A stretch of 64,000 nt of DNA from Acidobacteriota bacterium (GTDB taxonomy: Bacteria > Acidobacteriota > Vicinamibacteria > Vicinamibacterales > UBA823). The position numbers and the translations under genes are program-made. Numbering within the stretch: position 1 is the first letter of the stretch; each line of letters opens with the position of its first letter. This document shows positions 15,331 to 24,133 of this stretch, in pieces. The stretch is taken from assembly GCA_002730525.1 (NCBI GenBank), contig PCAK01000007.1, positions 1,409 through 65,408 of the forward strand, written 5' to 3'. Below the pieces are notes generated by a model. It did not search any database and had not been told where the DNA came from. It saw nothing but the letters and a program-made list of their open reading frames with translations.

Positions 15331-16419
15331 CTAAGAGCACCTGGGCGGAATGGAGTCGCGGTCGCCCGGCTGCGGCACCAGTTCGCCGCCGACCGGACGG
15401 AACAGCCGCTTGTGGGGCACTGGTAGACCGTAGAGCCGTGCCGCGTTCCCGCCCAGGATCAGATTGAGATCGTCCTGCACGATGTCGAGCCGCAGGAGTT
15501 GCTTCAGGCTCCAGCCCCAGACATCGACCTGGTGCCGGACGAGCGGCTGCTTCCGCAGCTGCACGGCATAGGCCGGCGGCTGGTGGCCGTACTGTGCGTG
15601 GAACGGGATGCTCGCGCCCCAATCACAGCCCCAGAGCAGCTTCTCGGCCCCGATGTTCGGGTCGAGCAACGCCTTCATGTACATGTCGGTCCACCACAGC
15701 CCGGTCTCGAGGTAGACGTTGTCGTGCGCGGCGGCGACGTTCATCGCCTCCTCGACGAATCGCTGCGACCACCACCCCTGCAAGCCGCCATGGTCGAGGA
15801 CGATCGGCACCTCCGGATACTCGGCAGCCACGTCGGTCGCCCAGATCGGGTTGAGCGTCTCGGGCCAGACGTGATGCGTGAGCGGATAGCCCATGACGAC
15901 GCCGGTGTGGATGCGCGCGACCGATCCGTGCTTTCGCGCGACCTCCATGATCGGGCGGATCTGGTCCATCCGCTCCGTCTGTCCGAGCGTCCGCTTGTTG
16001 GTGTGATCGGCGGGCATCCCCTCGCCAAGGCCTACGAACTTCCCGGTCGAGAGCAGCGCGTCGATCTCGGCCGCCGCTGCTTCGGGCGTCCACTCGATCT
16101 CGCCGTTCCGCGACTTGCGCTGGGTCTCCATCGCCGTGCACACGGCCACGAACTTCTCGGGGTGTCGTTCGACGATCTCGAGGTTGAGCTCGTTCGTCAT
16201 GCCGAATGCCGGCAGCAGCACGCACATGTCCACGTCGTAGCAGTCCATGTCATACAGCAGCCGTGCTGAGTTGTCGTATGGCGTGAGGCCGCGCATCACC
16301 CGCGCGAGATCGTTGTAGCGCGCCTTCCCGGCGTCGAGCTTCGCCTTCGAGAATTCGGGACCCGCCGCGAAGCGCTGGGCGTGCACGTGAGTGTCGACAA
16401 TGAACCGACCGAGCTTCAT
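15331..16419 (-). CDS. Amidohydrolase-2 family metal-dependent hydrolase/decarboxylase
   Basis: ATG at 16419 (MKLGRFIVDTHVHAQRF) is preceded by GGGAGGAG. DTHVH and VLDHGG motifs are present. The ORF opens earlier at 16503. Confidence 0.75.
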   Translation of the reverse strand: MKLGRFIVDTHVHAQRFAAGPEFSKAKLDAGKARYNDLARVMRGLTPYDNSARLLYDMDCYDVDMCVLLPAFGMTNELNLEIVERHPEKFVAVCTAMETQRKSRNGEIEWTPEAAAAEIDALLSTGKFVGLGEGMPADHTNKRTLGQTERMDQIRPIMEVARKHGSVARIHTGVVMGYPLTHHVWPETLNPIWATDVAAEYPEVPIVLDHGGLQGWWSQRFVEEAMNVAAAHDNVYLETGLWWTDMYMKALLDPNIGAEKLLWGCDWGASIPFHAQYGHQPPAYAVQLRKQPLVRHQVDVWGWSLKQLLRLDIVQDDLNLILGGNAARLYGLPVPHKRLFRPVGGELVPQPGDRDSIPPRCS

Positions 16420-16481
16420 GAGGGTCTCCTCCCGAACGATTGGCGCCAGCCGCGCCGATCCGCCAGGGCTAGAAGCGGTTT

Positions 16482-16903
16482 CTACGCTTCGTGATACATC
16501 CAAGCCCCGGCGAGCGCGTCCAGCGATACTTCGACCAGGCCCCAGACGGCACCGATCATCGCCAGCCGACCCGGCAGGACACCCAGGACGTTCATGGCAA
16601 CTGTCGGGCCGAAGTAGGCAGGAACCAGATCGCGACGCTGATCGTCACCGCCGTCTTCGGACCGGGCCTGAGCCGCGGCCGCGCCGCGGCTTAGAGCCAG
16701 ACCAGCAGGATGCCAAAGGCGAACGTCATCGTAACGAACACACCGATGGCTCCCCCACCCACGGCGGGAAGATTTCGCGCCTCCAGCGCCGCCGTCAGGT
16801 CGGCGACGAGCAGTTGTTCGTTCAAGATGTATTCGCCGATGTTCATGACGAGCCCAGCGACGAGGCCGCCGACGACGACGCGACCGAGGTTGATGCCGGA
16901 CAT
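16482..16903 (-). pseudogene. Small multi-TM membrane protein gene carrying an in-frame TAA and a frameshift
   Basis: ATG 16903 with GAGGAGG RBS: MSGINLGRVVVGGLVAGLVMNIGEY...FAFGILLVWL[TAA at 16691..16693]AAARPRLRPGPKTAVTISVAIWFL. After a 1-nt frame change near 16615..16625 it continues AYFGPTVAMNVLGVLPGRLAMIGAVWGLVEVSLDALAGAWMYHEA*. Confidence 0.45.
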
Positions 16904-17061
16904 CGGATACCTCCTCGAAACGGGTCGAGACGATCGTGCGCCGGGGCGTCCAGCGCGCAACACAGACGGCCGAGCGAGAGGAGCCGATTATATCGCCGCG
17001 CTGCGCAGCCGCCCAGAGTTTACACGCACCGCTATAATCGGCCCGTCGCCGGACACTGCCG

Positions 17062-18492
17062 ATGTCGGAATCGAGTCTCTGCTTCACCACGGCCACCGAT
17101 CTCGCTGGGCGCATCGCGACCCAGGACGTGTCGGCGCGCGAGGTCATGCAGGCGTACCTAGCGCAGATCGAGCGGGTGAATCCCGAGGTCAACGCCATCG
17201 TCACGCTCGTGGCCGACCAGGCGATGGCGGCGGCAGGCGTCGCCGACGAAGCGCTCGCGCGCGATAAGCCGACGGGCCCGCTGCACGGCCTGCCGGTCGC
17301 TCACAAGGATCTGATCCCCACTCGCGGTATCCGAACGACCTACGGGTCACGGCTGTTCGCCGACCACATCCCCGAAGAGGACAGCCTCATCGTCAATCGG
17401 CTGAAGGCCGCCGGGGCGATCACGATCGGCAAGACGAACACGCCGGAGTTCGGCGCGGGCTCACAGACCTTCAACGCGGTCTTCGGCGCGACCCGAAACC
17501 CCTACGACTCGAGCAAGACCTGCGGAGGCAGCAGCGGCGGCGCGGCGGTCGCCCTCGCCACCGGCATGACGTCGCTGGCCGACGGCACAGACCATGGCGG
17601 CTCACTGCGAAACCCGGCGGGCTTCTGCAACGTCGTCGGCCTCAGGCCGTCGCCAGGACGCGTGCCGGTCTGGCCGGCGCCCGCCCCCGGATACCGGCTC
17701 GACGTGCAGGGGCCGATGGGCCGAACGGTGCAGGATGTCGCGCTGATGCTGAGCGTGATCGCCGGCCCGGATCCGCGCTCGCCGATCGCGCTCGCCGAAC
17801 CCGGCGTCAGATTCAGGCAGTCGTTGACGCGCGACCTCCACGAGACGCGCATCGCGTGGAGCCCGACCCTGGGCGGACTGCCGGTGGACCGCCGCGTGGC
17901 CGCGGTGGTGGACACGGGGCGCGCGGCGCTCGAGGCGCTGGGGTGCCGCGTCGACGAGGCGGAGCCCGATCTGACCGACGCCGACGAGATCTTCCGGGTC
18001 TGGCGCGCGTGGCACTACGACCTCGCGCTCGGCGACCTGCTGGACGCGCACCGCGAACAGCTGAAAGACACCGTCGTCTGGAATATCGAAGAGGGCCGCC
18101 GGCTCGAACCCCAGCGGATCGGCCGCGCCACTCGGGCCTGGGCGGGTCTCGACCGGCGCATTCGCGAGTTCTTCGACCGCTTCGCGTTCCTGGCGCTACC
18201 GGTCAGCCAGGTGCCACCCTTCGACGTCGATCTGCCCTACGTAACCGAGATCGACGGCGTGCGCCTCGACACCTACCTCGACTGGATGCGCTCGTGCTAC
18301 CTGATCTCAGTCACCGGTCTGCCGGCGATCTCGGTCCCGTGCGGCTTCACCGAGGACGGGCTCCCGGTCGGACTCCAGATCGTGGGCGGACCAAGTGAGG
18401 ACTTCAGCCTCCTCCAACTTGCCTACGCGTTCGAGGAGGCGACGGGCGTCGGGAGGCGGCGCCCTGCATGCGCCGTGATCGCCGAAGGCTGA
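17062..18492 (+). CDS. Amidase (amidase-signature family, GatA-like)
   Basis: 476 aa. The amidase signature GGSSGGAAVALATGM and the KDLIPTRGIRTTYGS motif are present. Confidence 0.85.
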   Translation: MSESSLCFTTATDLAGRIATQDVSAREVMQAYLAQIERVNPEVNAIVTLVADQAMAAAGVADEALARDKPTGPLHGLPVAHKDLIPTRGIRTTYGSRLFADHIPEEDSLIVNRLKAAGAITIGKTNTPEFGAGSQTFNAVFGATRNPYDSSKTCGGSSGGAAVALATGMTSLADGTDHGGSLRNPAGFCNVVGLRPSPGRVPVWPAPAPGYRLDVQGPMGRTVQDVALMLSVIAGPDPRSPIALAEPGVRFRQSLTRDLHETRIAWSPTLGGLPVDRRVAAVVDTGRAALEALGCRVDEAEPDLTDADEIFRVWRAWHYDLALGDLLDAHREQLKDTVVWNIEEGRRLEPQRIGRATRAWAGLDRRIREFFDRFAFLALPVSQVPPFDVDLPYVTEIDGVRLDTYLDWMRSCYLISVTGLPAISVPCGFTEDGLPVGLQIVGGPSEDFSLLQLAYAFEEATGVGRRRPACAVIAEG

Positions 18493-18519
18493 GGGCGCTC
18501 ACTGGACGACGAAGGCGCG

Positions 18520-19965
18520 CTACGCAGGCGGTCTGAGGTCGAAGACCGACGGCGCGACGTCGAGCGCCTCGCGGTGTGATTCGACCTCGGCCAGGATGTC
18601 GGCGATGACCTCGGGATACTGATCGGCCACGTCGAAGCGCTCGCCCGGGTCCTGTCCCAGATGGAACAGGCGCGGCGGGTCATGGACAACGCGCTCTCCA
18701 CCTTGACCGTACGATCCCTCGGTGATGAAGTGGGCCTTGAACGGCCCCTTGCGCACGGCGTAGAGTATGCCGAGGCGGTAGAAGAACATCGTGTTTCGCG
18801 GACTGTCGCCGGTCTCGAAGAGCACCGGGCGCAGATCGAACCCATCCAGAGTGCGGGTCGACGGCAGCTCGCCCCCAGCCAGCGCGGCCGCCGTCGGCAG
18901 GAGATCCAGCGTTGAACCGATCTCGCGCACCGTGGCTGGAGCGATCGTGCCGGGCCACCAGAACATCGCCGGCACCCGCATCCCGCCTTCCCACGTCGTG
19001 CCCTTGCCGTGGCGGAGCAACCCCGCGGATCCGCCCTGTTGATCGAAGACCAACCACGGACCGTTGTCGCTCGTGAACAGCACCAGCGTCCGTCGATCCA
19101 GCCCGTGCTCGCGCAGCGTATCGAGGATCTGCCCGACGCTCCAGTCGATCTCCTCGATGACATCGCCGTACAGGCCCGCCGCGCTCACATCGACGAACGC
19201 GTCGCTGGTAAAGAGCGGCACGTGCGGCATCGTGTAGGGCATGTAGAGAAAGAAGGGCTGCTCCCGGTTGGCTTCGATGAACGCGACAGCCTCGTCGGTG
19301 TAGCGGCGCGTCAACTGAGTCTGATCCACCGGCTGCTCGATGACCTCCGCGTCGCGCATCAGCGGCACGTTCCAGTACTCGCTGCGCGGCTCGAGGAAGA
19401 TCGATCCCGGCCACGGCTCGTCGCGCTGCTCCACGAGATCCATGTCGTTCGAGTACGGCAGGCCGAGCCACTGGTCGAAGCCCTGCGCGCCGGGCAGGAA
19501 GGCGGCGGGCCGACCCAGATGCCACTTGCCGAACGCTGCGGTCGCGTAGCCGCGCGCCTTCAGGACCTCGGCCACCGTCACCTCGTCGCCGGCGAGCCCG
19601 ACCGGCGAATCGGGAAACAGGACCCGCGTCCGGTCGAGCGTCCCGTACATCCCGCTGCGCACCGGCAACCGCCCCGTCAGCAGCGCGGCCCGGCTGGGCG
19701 AGCACACCGGCGCCGCCACGTAGAAGTTCGTCCACTTCTGGCCTTCAGCCGCCATCTGATCGAGGTGGGGTGTCCGGATCGTCGGATGACCGTACGCCCC
19801 CAGATCGCCGTAGCCGAGATCGTCGGCAAAGAGGACGACGATGTTCGGCGGCCGATCGGCGGGCGCCGGGGCATCGTCGGGCGCCGCGCCGCAACCCACG
19901 ACCACGGTCAGCCCGGCCGCGACGATCGCGAGACGGCATCTGAGTGTCTGGATCACGCTGGGCAT
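18520..19965 (-). CDS. Arylsulfatase (formylglycine-type), probable lipoprotein
   Basis: ATG 19965: MPSVIQTLRCRLAIVAAGLTVVVGC. FADDLGYGDLG and the CSPSRAALLTGR FGly motif are present. The ORF opens at 20070. Confidence 0.85.
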   Translation of the reverse strand: MPSVIQTLRCRLAIVAAGLTVVVGCGAAPDDAPAPADRPPNIVVLFADDLGYGDLGAYGHPTIRTPHLDQMAAEGQKWTNFYVAAPVCSPSRAALLTGRLPVRSGMYGTLDRTRVLFPDSPVGLAGDEVTVAEVLKARGYATAAFGKWHLGRPAAFLPGAQGFDQWLGLPYSNDMDLVEQRDEPWPGSIFLEPRSEYWNVPLMRDAEVIEQPVDQTQLTRRYTDEAVAFIEANREQPFFLYMPYTMPHVPLFTSDAFVDVSAAGLYGDVIEEIDWSVGQILDTLREHGLDRRTLVLFTSDNGPWLVFDQQGGSAGLLRHGKGTTWEGGMRVPAMFWWPGTIAPATVREIGSTLDLLPTAAALAGGELPSTRTLDGFDLRPVLFETGDSPRNTMFFYRLGILYAVRKGPFKAHFITEGSYGQGGERVVHDPPRLFHLGQDPGERFDVADQYPEVIADILAEVESHREALDVAPSVFDLRPPA

Positions 19966-20157
19966 CCCTTCGAAAGAACGCTGATTATAGCGCGTCAGCG
20001 GCGCGAACCGGGCGGCCGAACGAAAGCGCGCGCCCTGCACCGTGCGCTTCCGGCACATCGCACGGTGCATACGACTGCACGCTCAACCTTAACGTCTTCT
20101 TCATCAGTAAGTTGCGGAGGTCTTTCGGATGGCATTGTTCGTGCCTTTGGGAACGGC

Positions 20158-20331
20158 ATGGCTCACGGACGATTCACGCTGCTCGCCGCGTTCCTGGCGC
20201 TCCTCGCCGGCTCGCCGCTGAGCGCAATGCCGGCCGCATCGGCAGCGTCGACCGAGCCAGCAGGCGGCAGCGGAGCGAAGAAGGCCGATCGGAAGGACGT
20301 GGCGGTGCCGTCGGGGATGATCGTCCAGTAG
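20158..20331 (+). CDS. Possible small secreted peptide (57 aa)
   Basis: MAHGRFTLLAAFLALLAGSPLSAMPAASA|ASTEPAGGSGAKKADRKDVAVPSGMIVQ has a signal-peptide-like N-terminus. It is the tail of the otherwise antisense ORF 19009..20331. No clear RBS and no homology recognised. Confidence 0.2.
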   Translation: MAHGRFTLLAAFLALLAGSPLSAMPAASAASTEPAGGSGAKKADRKDVAVPSGMIVQ

Positions 20332-20358
20332 GCGTAGCGCGGAGGCATCGTGGCGAGG

Positions 20359-21366
20359 CTAGGGCTGGAGCCGCTTCATCTTCTCCAGCAGCGTCGTTCG
20401 CTTCAACTGGAGCAGGTCGGCGGCCCGGCGCTTGTTGCCGTCGGCGCGCCTGAGCGCCTGCCGGATCAGTTCACGTTCGACGTCGTGGACGTAGTTCTCG
20501 AAGTCGATCCCGTCGTCGGGAAACGCGACTCGCACGGCCAGTCCTGGTTCGGCGGCCGCCTGGATCTCCGGCGGCAGGTCGGCGACATCGATCTGGGTAC
20601 GGCCCTGGCTGAACGCGAGCGTACGCTCGACGACGTTCTCGAGTTGCCGGATGTTGCCGGGCCAGGCGTAGGCCATCAATTGCCGCATCGCTTCCTGCGA
20701 CACGCCGACGTTGGGCCGCGGCGGGACGAGGTCGCGTCCGAGGCGCTCCAAGAAGTGCTGCGTCAAGATCGGGATGTCTTCCCGCCGATCCCGTAGCGGC
20801 GGCAACGGAATCGGAATGACGTTGAGTCGATAGAACAAGTCCTCCCGGAACGTGCCTTCCGCCACGAGCTGGGTCAGGTTGGAGTTGGTCGCCGCGATCA
20901 CCCGGACATCGACTCGTCGCTGCTCGAGTGAGCCGACGCGCTGCACCTCGCCCGCCTCCAGCGTGCGCAGCAGTTTCGCCTGCACGAGCGCCGGCAGTTC
21001 GCCGACCTCATCGAGAAACAGGGTGCCGCCGTGGGCCTGCTCGAACATGCCGACTTTGTTCTCGGTGGCGCCGGTGAATGCACCCCGGACGTGGCCGAAG
21101 AGCTCGCTCTCGAACAGCGTCTCGACTACGGCCGAACAGTTGATCGTGATGAACTTGCGGACTCGGCGAGGACCCTCGTGGTGGAGCGCGCGCGCGACCA
21201 GCTCCTTCCCGGTGCCGGTCTCGCCGGTAATCAACGCGGTCCGCACGTGGGGCGCGAGCCGGCGAATCAAGTCGAACAGCTCCTGCATCCCCGGCCCGCG
21301 GCCGATCATGCCGCAGAACTCGGTGCGCTGCGCGAGGTCGCCCTCGATCGCCAGGCGTTCCCTCAA
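20359..21366 (-). CDS. Sigma-54-dependent activator module (AAA+ domain plus Fis-type HTH), downstream part of a split NtrC-family response regulator
   Basis: GETGTGKELVARALH (Walker A), GAFTGA (sigma-54 contact loop), DEVGELP (Walker B), and C-terminal NKRRAADLLQLKRTTLLEKMKRL (HTH). It begins directly after an in-frame TAG. The only immediate start is TTG, with no obvious RBS. Confidence 0.8.
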   Translation of the reverse strand: MRERLAIEGDLAQRTEFCGMIGRGPGMQELFDLIRRLAPHVRTALITGETGTGKELVARALHHEGPRRVRKFITINCSAVVETLFESELFGHVRGAFTGATENKVGMFEQAHGGTLFLDEVGELPALVQAKLLRTLEAGEVQRVGSLEQRRVDVRVIAATNSNLTQLVAEGTFREDLFYRLNVIPIPLPPLRDRREDIPILTQHFLERLGRDLVPPRPNVGVSQEAMRQLMAYAWPGNIRQLENVVERTLAFSQGRTQIDVADLPPEIQAAAEPGLAVRVAFPDDGIDFENYVHDVERELIRQALRRADGNKRRAADLLQLKRTTLLEKMKRLQP

Positions 21367-21762
21367 CTACGACACGTCACGCTTGATGTCGGCCAACAGG
21401 TCCCGCAGGCGATGCAGGTCGAACGGCTTGGTCAGGTAGTCTCGCGCGCCGAGCTTGACAGCTTCGACGGCCGAATCGATCGTCGCCTGCCCCGACATGA
21501 TGACGACGCGGCAGGACTGGTCGGTCGCCCGGATCGCCTTGATGACCTCGAGGCCGCCGACGTCGGGCATCATGAGGTCGACGAGGACGAGATCGACACG
21601 CGCCTCCGCCATCCGCTCCATCGCCTGACGGCCGCCGGTGCAGGTGAGTACGTCGAAGCCCTCGCGGCGCGCCACGCGGCCGAGCATCGCCAGCACGGAG
21701 GGATCGTCGTCCACGACGAGGACGAGAGGCCGGTCGGGCGCCGGCTGAGGATCCGACGTCAT
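21367..21762 (-). CDS. Response-regulator receiver domain, upstream part of the split NtrC-family regulator
   Basis: ATG 21762: MTSDPQPAPDRPLVLVVDDDPSVLAML...DLVLVDLMMPDVGG...KPFDLHRL. Ends at TAG 21367..21369, in frame with the AAA+ module. Confidence 0.75.
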   Translation of the reverse strand: MTSDPQPAPDRPLVLVVDDDPSVLAMLGRVARREGFDVLTCTGGRQAMERMAEARVDLVLVDLMMPDVGGLEVIKAIRATDQSCRVVIMSGQATIDSAVEAVKLGARDYLTKPFDLHRLRDLLADIKRDVS

Positions 21763-22035
21763 CGATTCGATAGGGCGAACGCTGCGCCGGCCATGATCCA
21801 GTCGCCGCAGAAGCAAGACTCGTGACCGGAACGGCCGTTCACGTCGCCATGATACCGCGCGCGTTGCCGGTACCGACGCCCCGCGTGTTGCTTGCGTTGC
21901 ATCGATCGCACGACTAGACTGCGGCCGACACGACACCAACGGACACTTTGCGACGATAGATACGGACACCTCCGAGAATGACGACGCGTTCGCCGATCGT
22001 CGCCTGGCGCTTCACCCCTTGATCAGAATCCGACG

Positions 22036-23418
22036 GTGCCGATCACTGCCCTCCCGCCGACCGCGGAAGACCTCGCTCCACTGCCGCCAGAGCCGGACGA
22101 CGCGTCGCTGACGCGTGAGCTGACGCTGCTCGACGCAACGCTGCTCAACGCCGGCGTCATGCAGGCAGCCACCCTGTTCATCGTCCCGGGAATCGTGTTC
22201 GCCAACACCGGCACCGCGTGGCTGGCGGCGCTGGCCTGGATCAGCGCCGGAGCCCTCACCTGGTGCGGCGCCGCTGCGTTTGCCGAACTCGGCGCGCGAT
22301 ATCCGCGCGCCGGTGGGCCGCTCGTCTTCTTCGAACGGGCGTACTCGCCGTTCTGGGGATTCGCATTCGGGTGGACGCTGGTCACGGTGATCCAGCCGGC
22401 ATCGATCGCCGCCGTCGCGGTGGCCTGCGTGACCTACCTCGAGGCCCTCCTCGCGCTGAACGCGACGCAAACGACGGGTAGCGCGGCTCTCCTCATCATG
22501 GCCGTGACGGCTGGGCACATCGCCGGATTTCGCCGGAGTGCCACGGCCCAGAACGTGCTGACGAGCGCCAAGATCGCGCTGTTGACCGTCGTCGCGGCGA
22601 GCTGTTTCTGGTTCGGCGGCGATGGTGCCGGGGCGTTCGGGGCCTTCGTGCCGGCCGCGCCGCTGACCCGGACGACCGCCGGATTCGGCGCGGCCGTGGC
22701 GGCGGCGCTCTGGGCCTTCAGCGGCTGGACCAGCGTGACGTTCGTCGGCGGCGAACTTCGCGAGCCAGCCGCCACGCTCCCGCGGGCGATGACCTACTCG
22801 GTAGTCGGCGTCACGGCACTGACCTTGCTCGTGACCTTGGGCTTTCTCTGGGCCCTGCCGACGTCTGGCCCGGCCGATCCCGACCGGCTTGCGCTCGATG
22901 CCGCCGGCCACGCGCTCGGCACTCTCGGTGAGCGGCTCGTCGCAATGGCGGTCGTCGTGTCGTGTCTCGCCGCAATCAGTGGCCTGGTGTTCTCGGGAAG
23001 CCGCATCATCTTCGCGATGGCACGACGCGGGTGGTTCCCTCCCCACGCTGGCGCGACGAGCGGGGGGCGGGTTCCCCGCAACGCGATGCTGTACCTCGGC
23101 GGCTGGGCGAGCGTGCTCACCTTCACCGGCCGCTATGACGAGCTGTTCACGTACGCCGTGGTAGCGGTCTGGCTCTTCGCGATGCTCGGCGGGCTGGCCG
23201 TCATCGTCGTTCGGCACCGACACCCGAACGACACGCGCCCGTACGAAGTGCCGGGCTATCCCTACGTGCCGGCGGTCTTCGGTGTCGCAAGCTGGGCGCT
23301 GATGCTGCAGACGCTGTGGACGAGTCCGGTGCAGGCCCTCATCGGTGCCATCCTCGTCCTCGCCGGCCTGCCGGTGTACTGGTACTTTGGGAAGCGAGCC
23401 GAGGGGAATCGTGCCTAG
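22036..23418 (+). CDS. APC-superfamily amino acid permease
   Basis: 460 aa, ~12 TM. AFAELGARYPRAGGPLVFFERAYSPFWGFAFGW is typical of APC transporters. GTG start. Confidence 0.8.
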   Translation: MPITALPPTAEDLAPLPPEPDDASLTRELTLLDATLLNAGVMQAATLFIVPGIVFANTGTAWLAALAWISAGALTWCGAAAFAELGARYPRAGGPLVFFERAYSPFWGFAFGWTLVTVIQPASIAAVAVACVTYLEALLALNATQTTGSAALLIMAVTAGHIAGFRRSATAQNVLTSAKIALLTVVAASCFWFGGDGAGAFGAFVPAAPLTRTTAGFGAAVAAALWAFSGWTSVTFVGGELREPAATLPRAMTYSVVGVTALTLLVTLGFLWALPTSGPADPDRLALDAAGHALGTLGERLVAMAVVVSCLAAISGLVFSGSRIIFAMARRGWFPPHAGATSGGRVPRNAMLYLGGWASVLTFTGRYDELFTYAVVAVWLFAMLGGLAVIVVRHRHPNDTRPYEVPGYPYVPAVFGVASWALMLQTLWTSPVQALIGAILVLAGLPVYWYFGKRAEGNRA

Positions 23419-23442
23419 AGCATGAGTCTAGGCGGACTTCGC

Positions 23443-23490
23443 CTGCGGCTCGTCCCGGCAGGGCTAAAGCCCTGCCCTACGCGCCACAGC
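23443..23490. repeat. REP-like hairpin element between convergent genes
   Basis: ggacttcgcctgcggctcgtcccggcagggctaaagccctgccctacg contains a perfect 8-bp stem (ggcagggc/gccctgcc) with a taaa loop. It is homologous to 9983..10030. Confidence 0.6.
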
Positions 23491-23491
23491 A

Positions 23492-24133
23492 TCACGACTT
23501 ACGGGCGTGCTCGTCGAACTGGACGCTCCAGTGCGCACCACTGCAGAAGGGCTTGTTGGTGCTCGCACCGCACCGGCAGAGCTCGAAATGTTCTTGCGAG
23601 GCGCCTTCACCCCACTCGACCTCCTGCAGATCGGCGCCGCCGATGATCGCGTAGGGCCCGTTCGGCGCGATGAAGATGACCGGATCACGCGTCTGGTCAC
23701 GGTGCTCGACACCATCGACCGCATAACTCAACGCGCCCGACGGGCAGCTCTTCACAGTCTCGATGATGTCGTTGGCCGATGCGCCTTGGGGATCGACGAA
23801 CGGCTCTTGCCGGGTCCTGAACACCGACGGCAGCCCATCGGTGCAACGCCCGGCGTGGGCGCAGATCCCGCGATTGTCGTGGACGGTGACGCCGTCGCCC
23901 TCGAAGGTCTTGCGCTTGTCCGGGGTCCGGCCCGGGGCCTTGTCACCGGTGAAGCCGTTGGTCTGGTCATGGCCGTCGCAGAACGGTTTCTTCTTCGACC
24001 CGCCACAGCGACAGAGCGCGACGGTACCGTCGGTCTCGTAGACCGTCCCGTCCGAGTAGTTCTTCAGCATCTTGCAGTTCGTGACCAGCAGCGGGCCGTT
24101 CATGGCGGCCACGATCGTCGGCTTGTTGCTCAT
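23492..24133 (-). CDS. CDGSH iron-sulfur protein: two CDGSH-type domains flanking a divergent 4Fe-4S mono-cluster domain
   Basis: CRCGGSKKKPFCDGH and CRCGASTNKPFCSGAH are CDGSH-type motifs. The central GICAHAGRCTDGLPSVF...VKSCPSGALSY is ferredoxin-like. The ATG at 24133 overlaps the upstream stop (ATGA). Confidence 0.8.
   Translation of the reverse strand: MSNKPTIVAAMNGPLLVTNCKMLKNYSDGTVYETDGTVALCRCGGSKKKPFCDGHDQTNGFTGDKAPGRTPDKRKTFEGDGVTVHDNRGICAHAGRCTDGLPSVFRTRQEPFVDPQGASANDIIETVKSCPSGALSYAVDGVEHRDQTRDPVIFIAPNGPYAIIGGADLQEVEWGEGASQEHFELCRCGASTNKPFCSGAHWSVQFDEHARKS

Noticed and set aside
17019-17038. TTTACA and a perfect TATAAT just upstream of the amidase gene.
   Set aside because: The two hexamers are only 8 nt apart, so they cannot act together as a sigma-70 promoter. 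The TATAAT alone is insufficient evidence.
19009-20157. The first ~380 codons of the 440-aa plus-strand ORF 19009..20331.
   Set aside because: They are antisense to the well-supported arylsulfatase gene and Arg-rich. Only the last 57 codons, outside the sulfatase gene, were kept as a low-confidence small ORF.
21763-22035. Search for a sigma-54 promoter (TGGCAC-N5-TTGC) near the sigma-54 activator, for example ctggcgcttcaccccttgat at ~22005.
   Set aside because: The GG/GC spacing does not fit the -24/-12 geometry. I could not support any sigma-54 promoter in this window.
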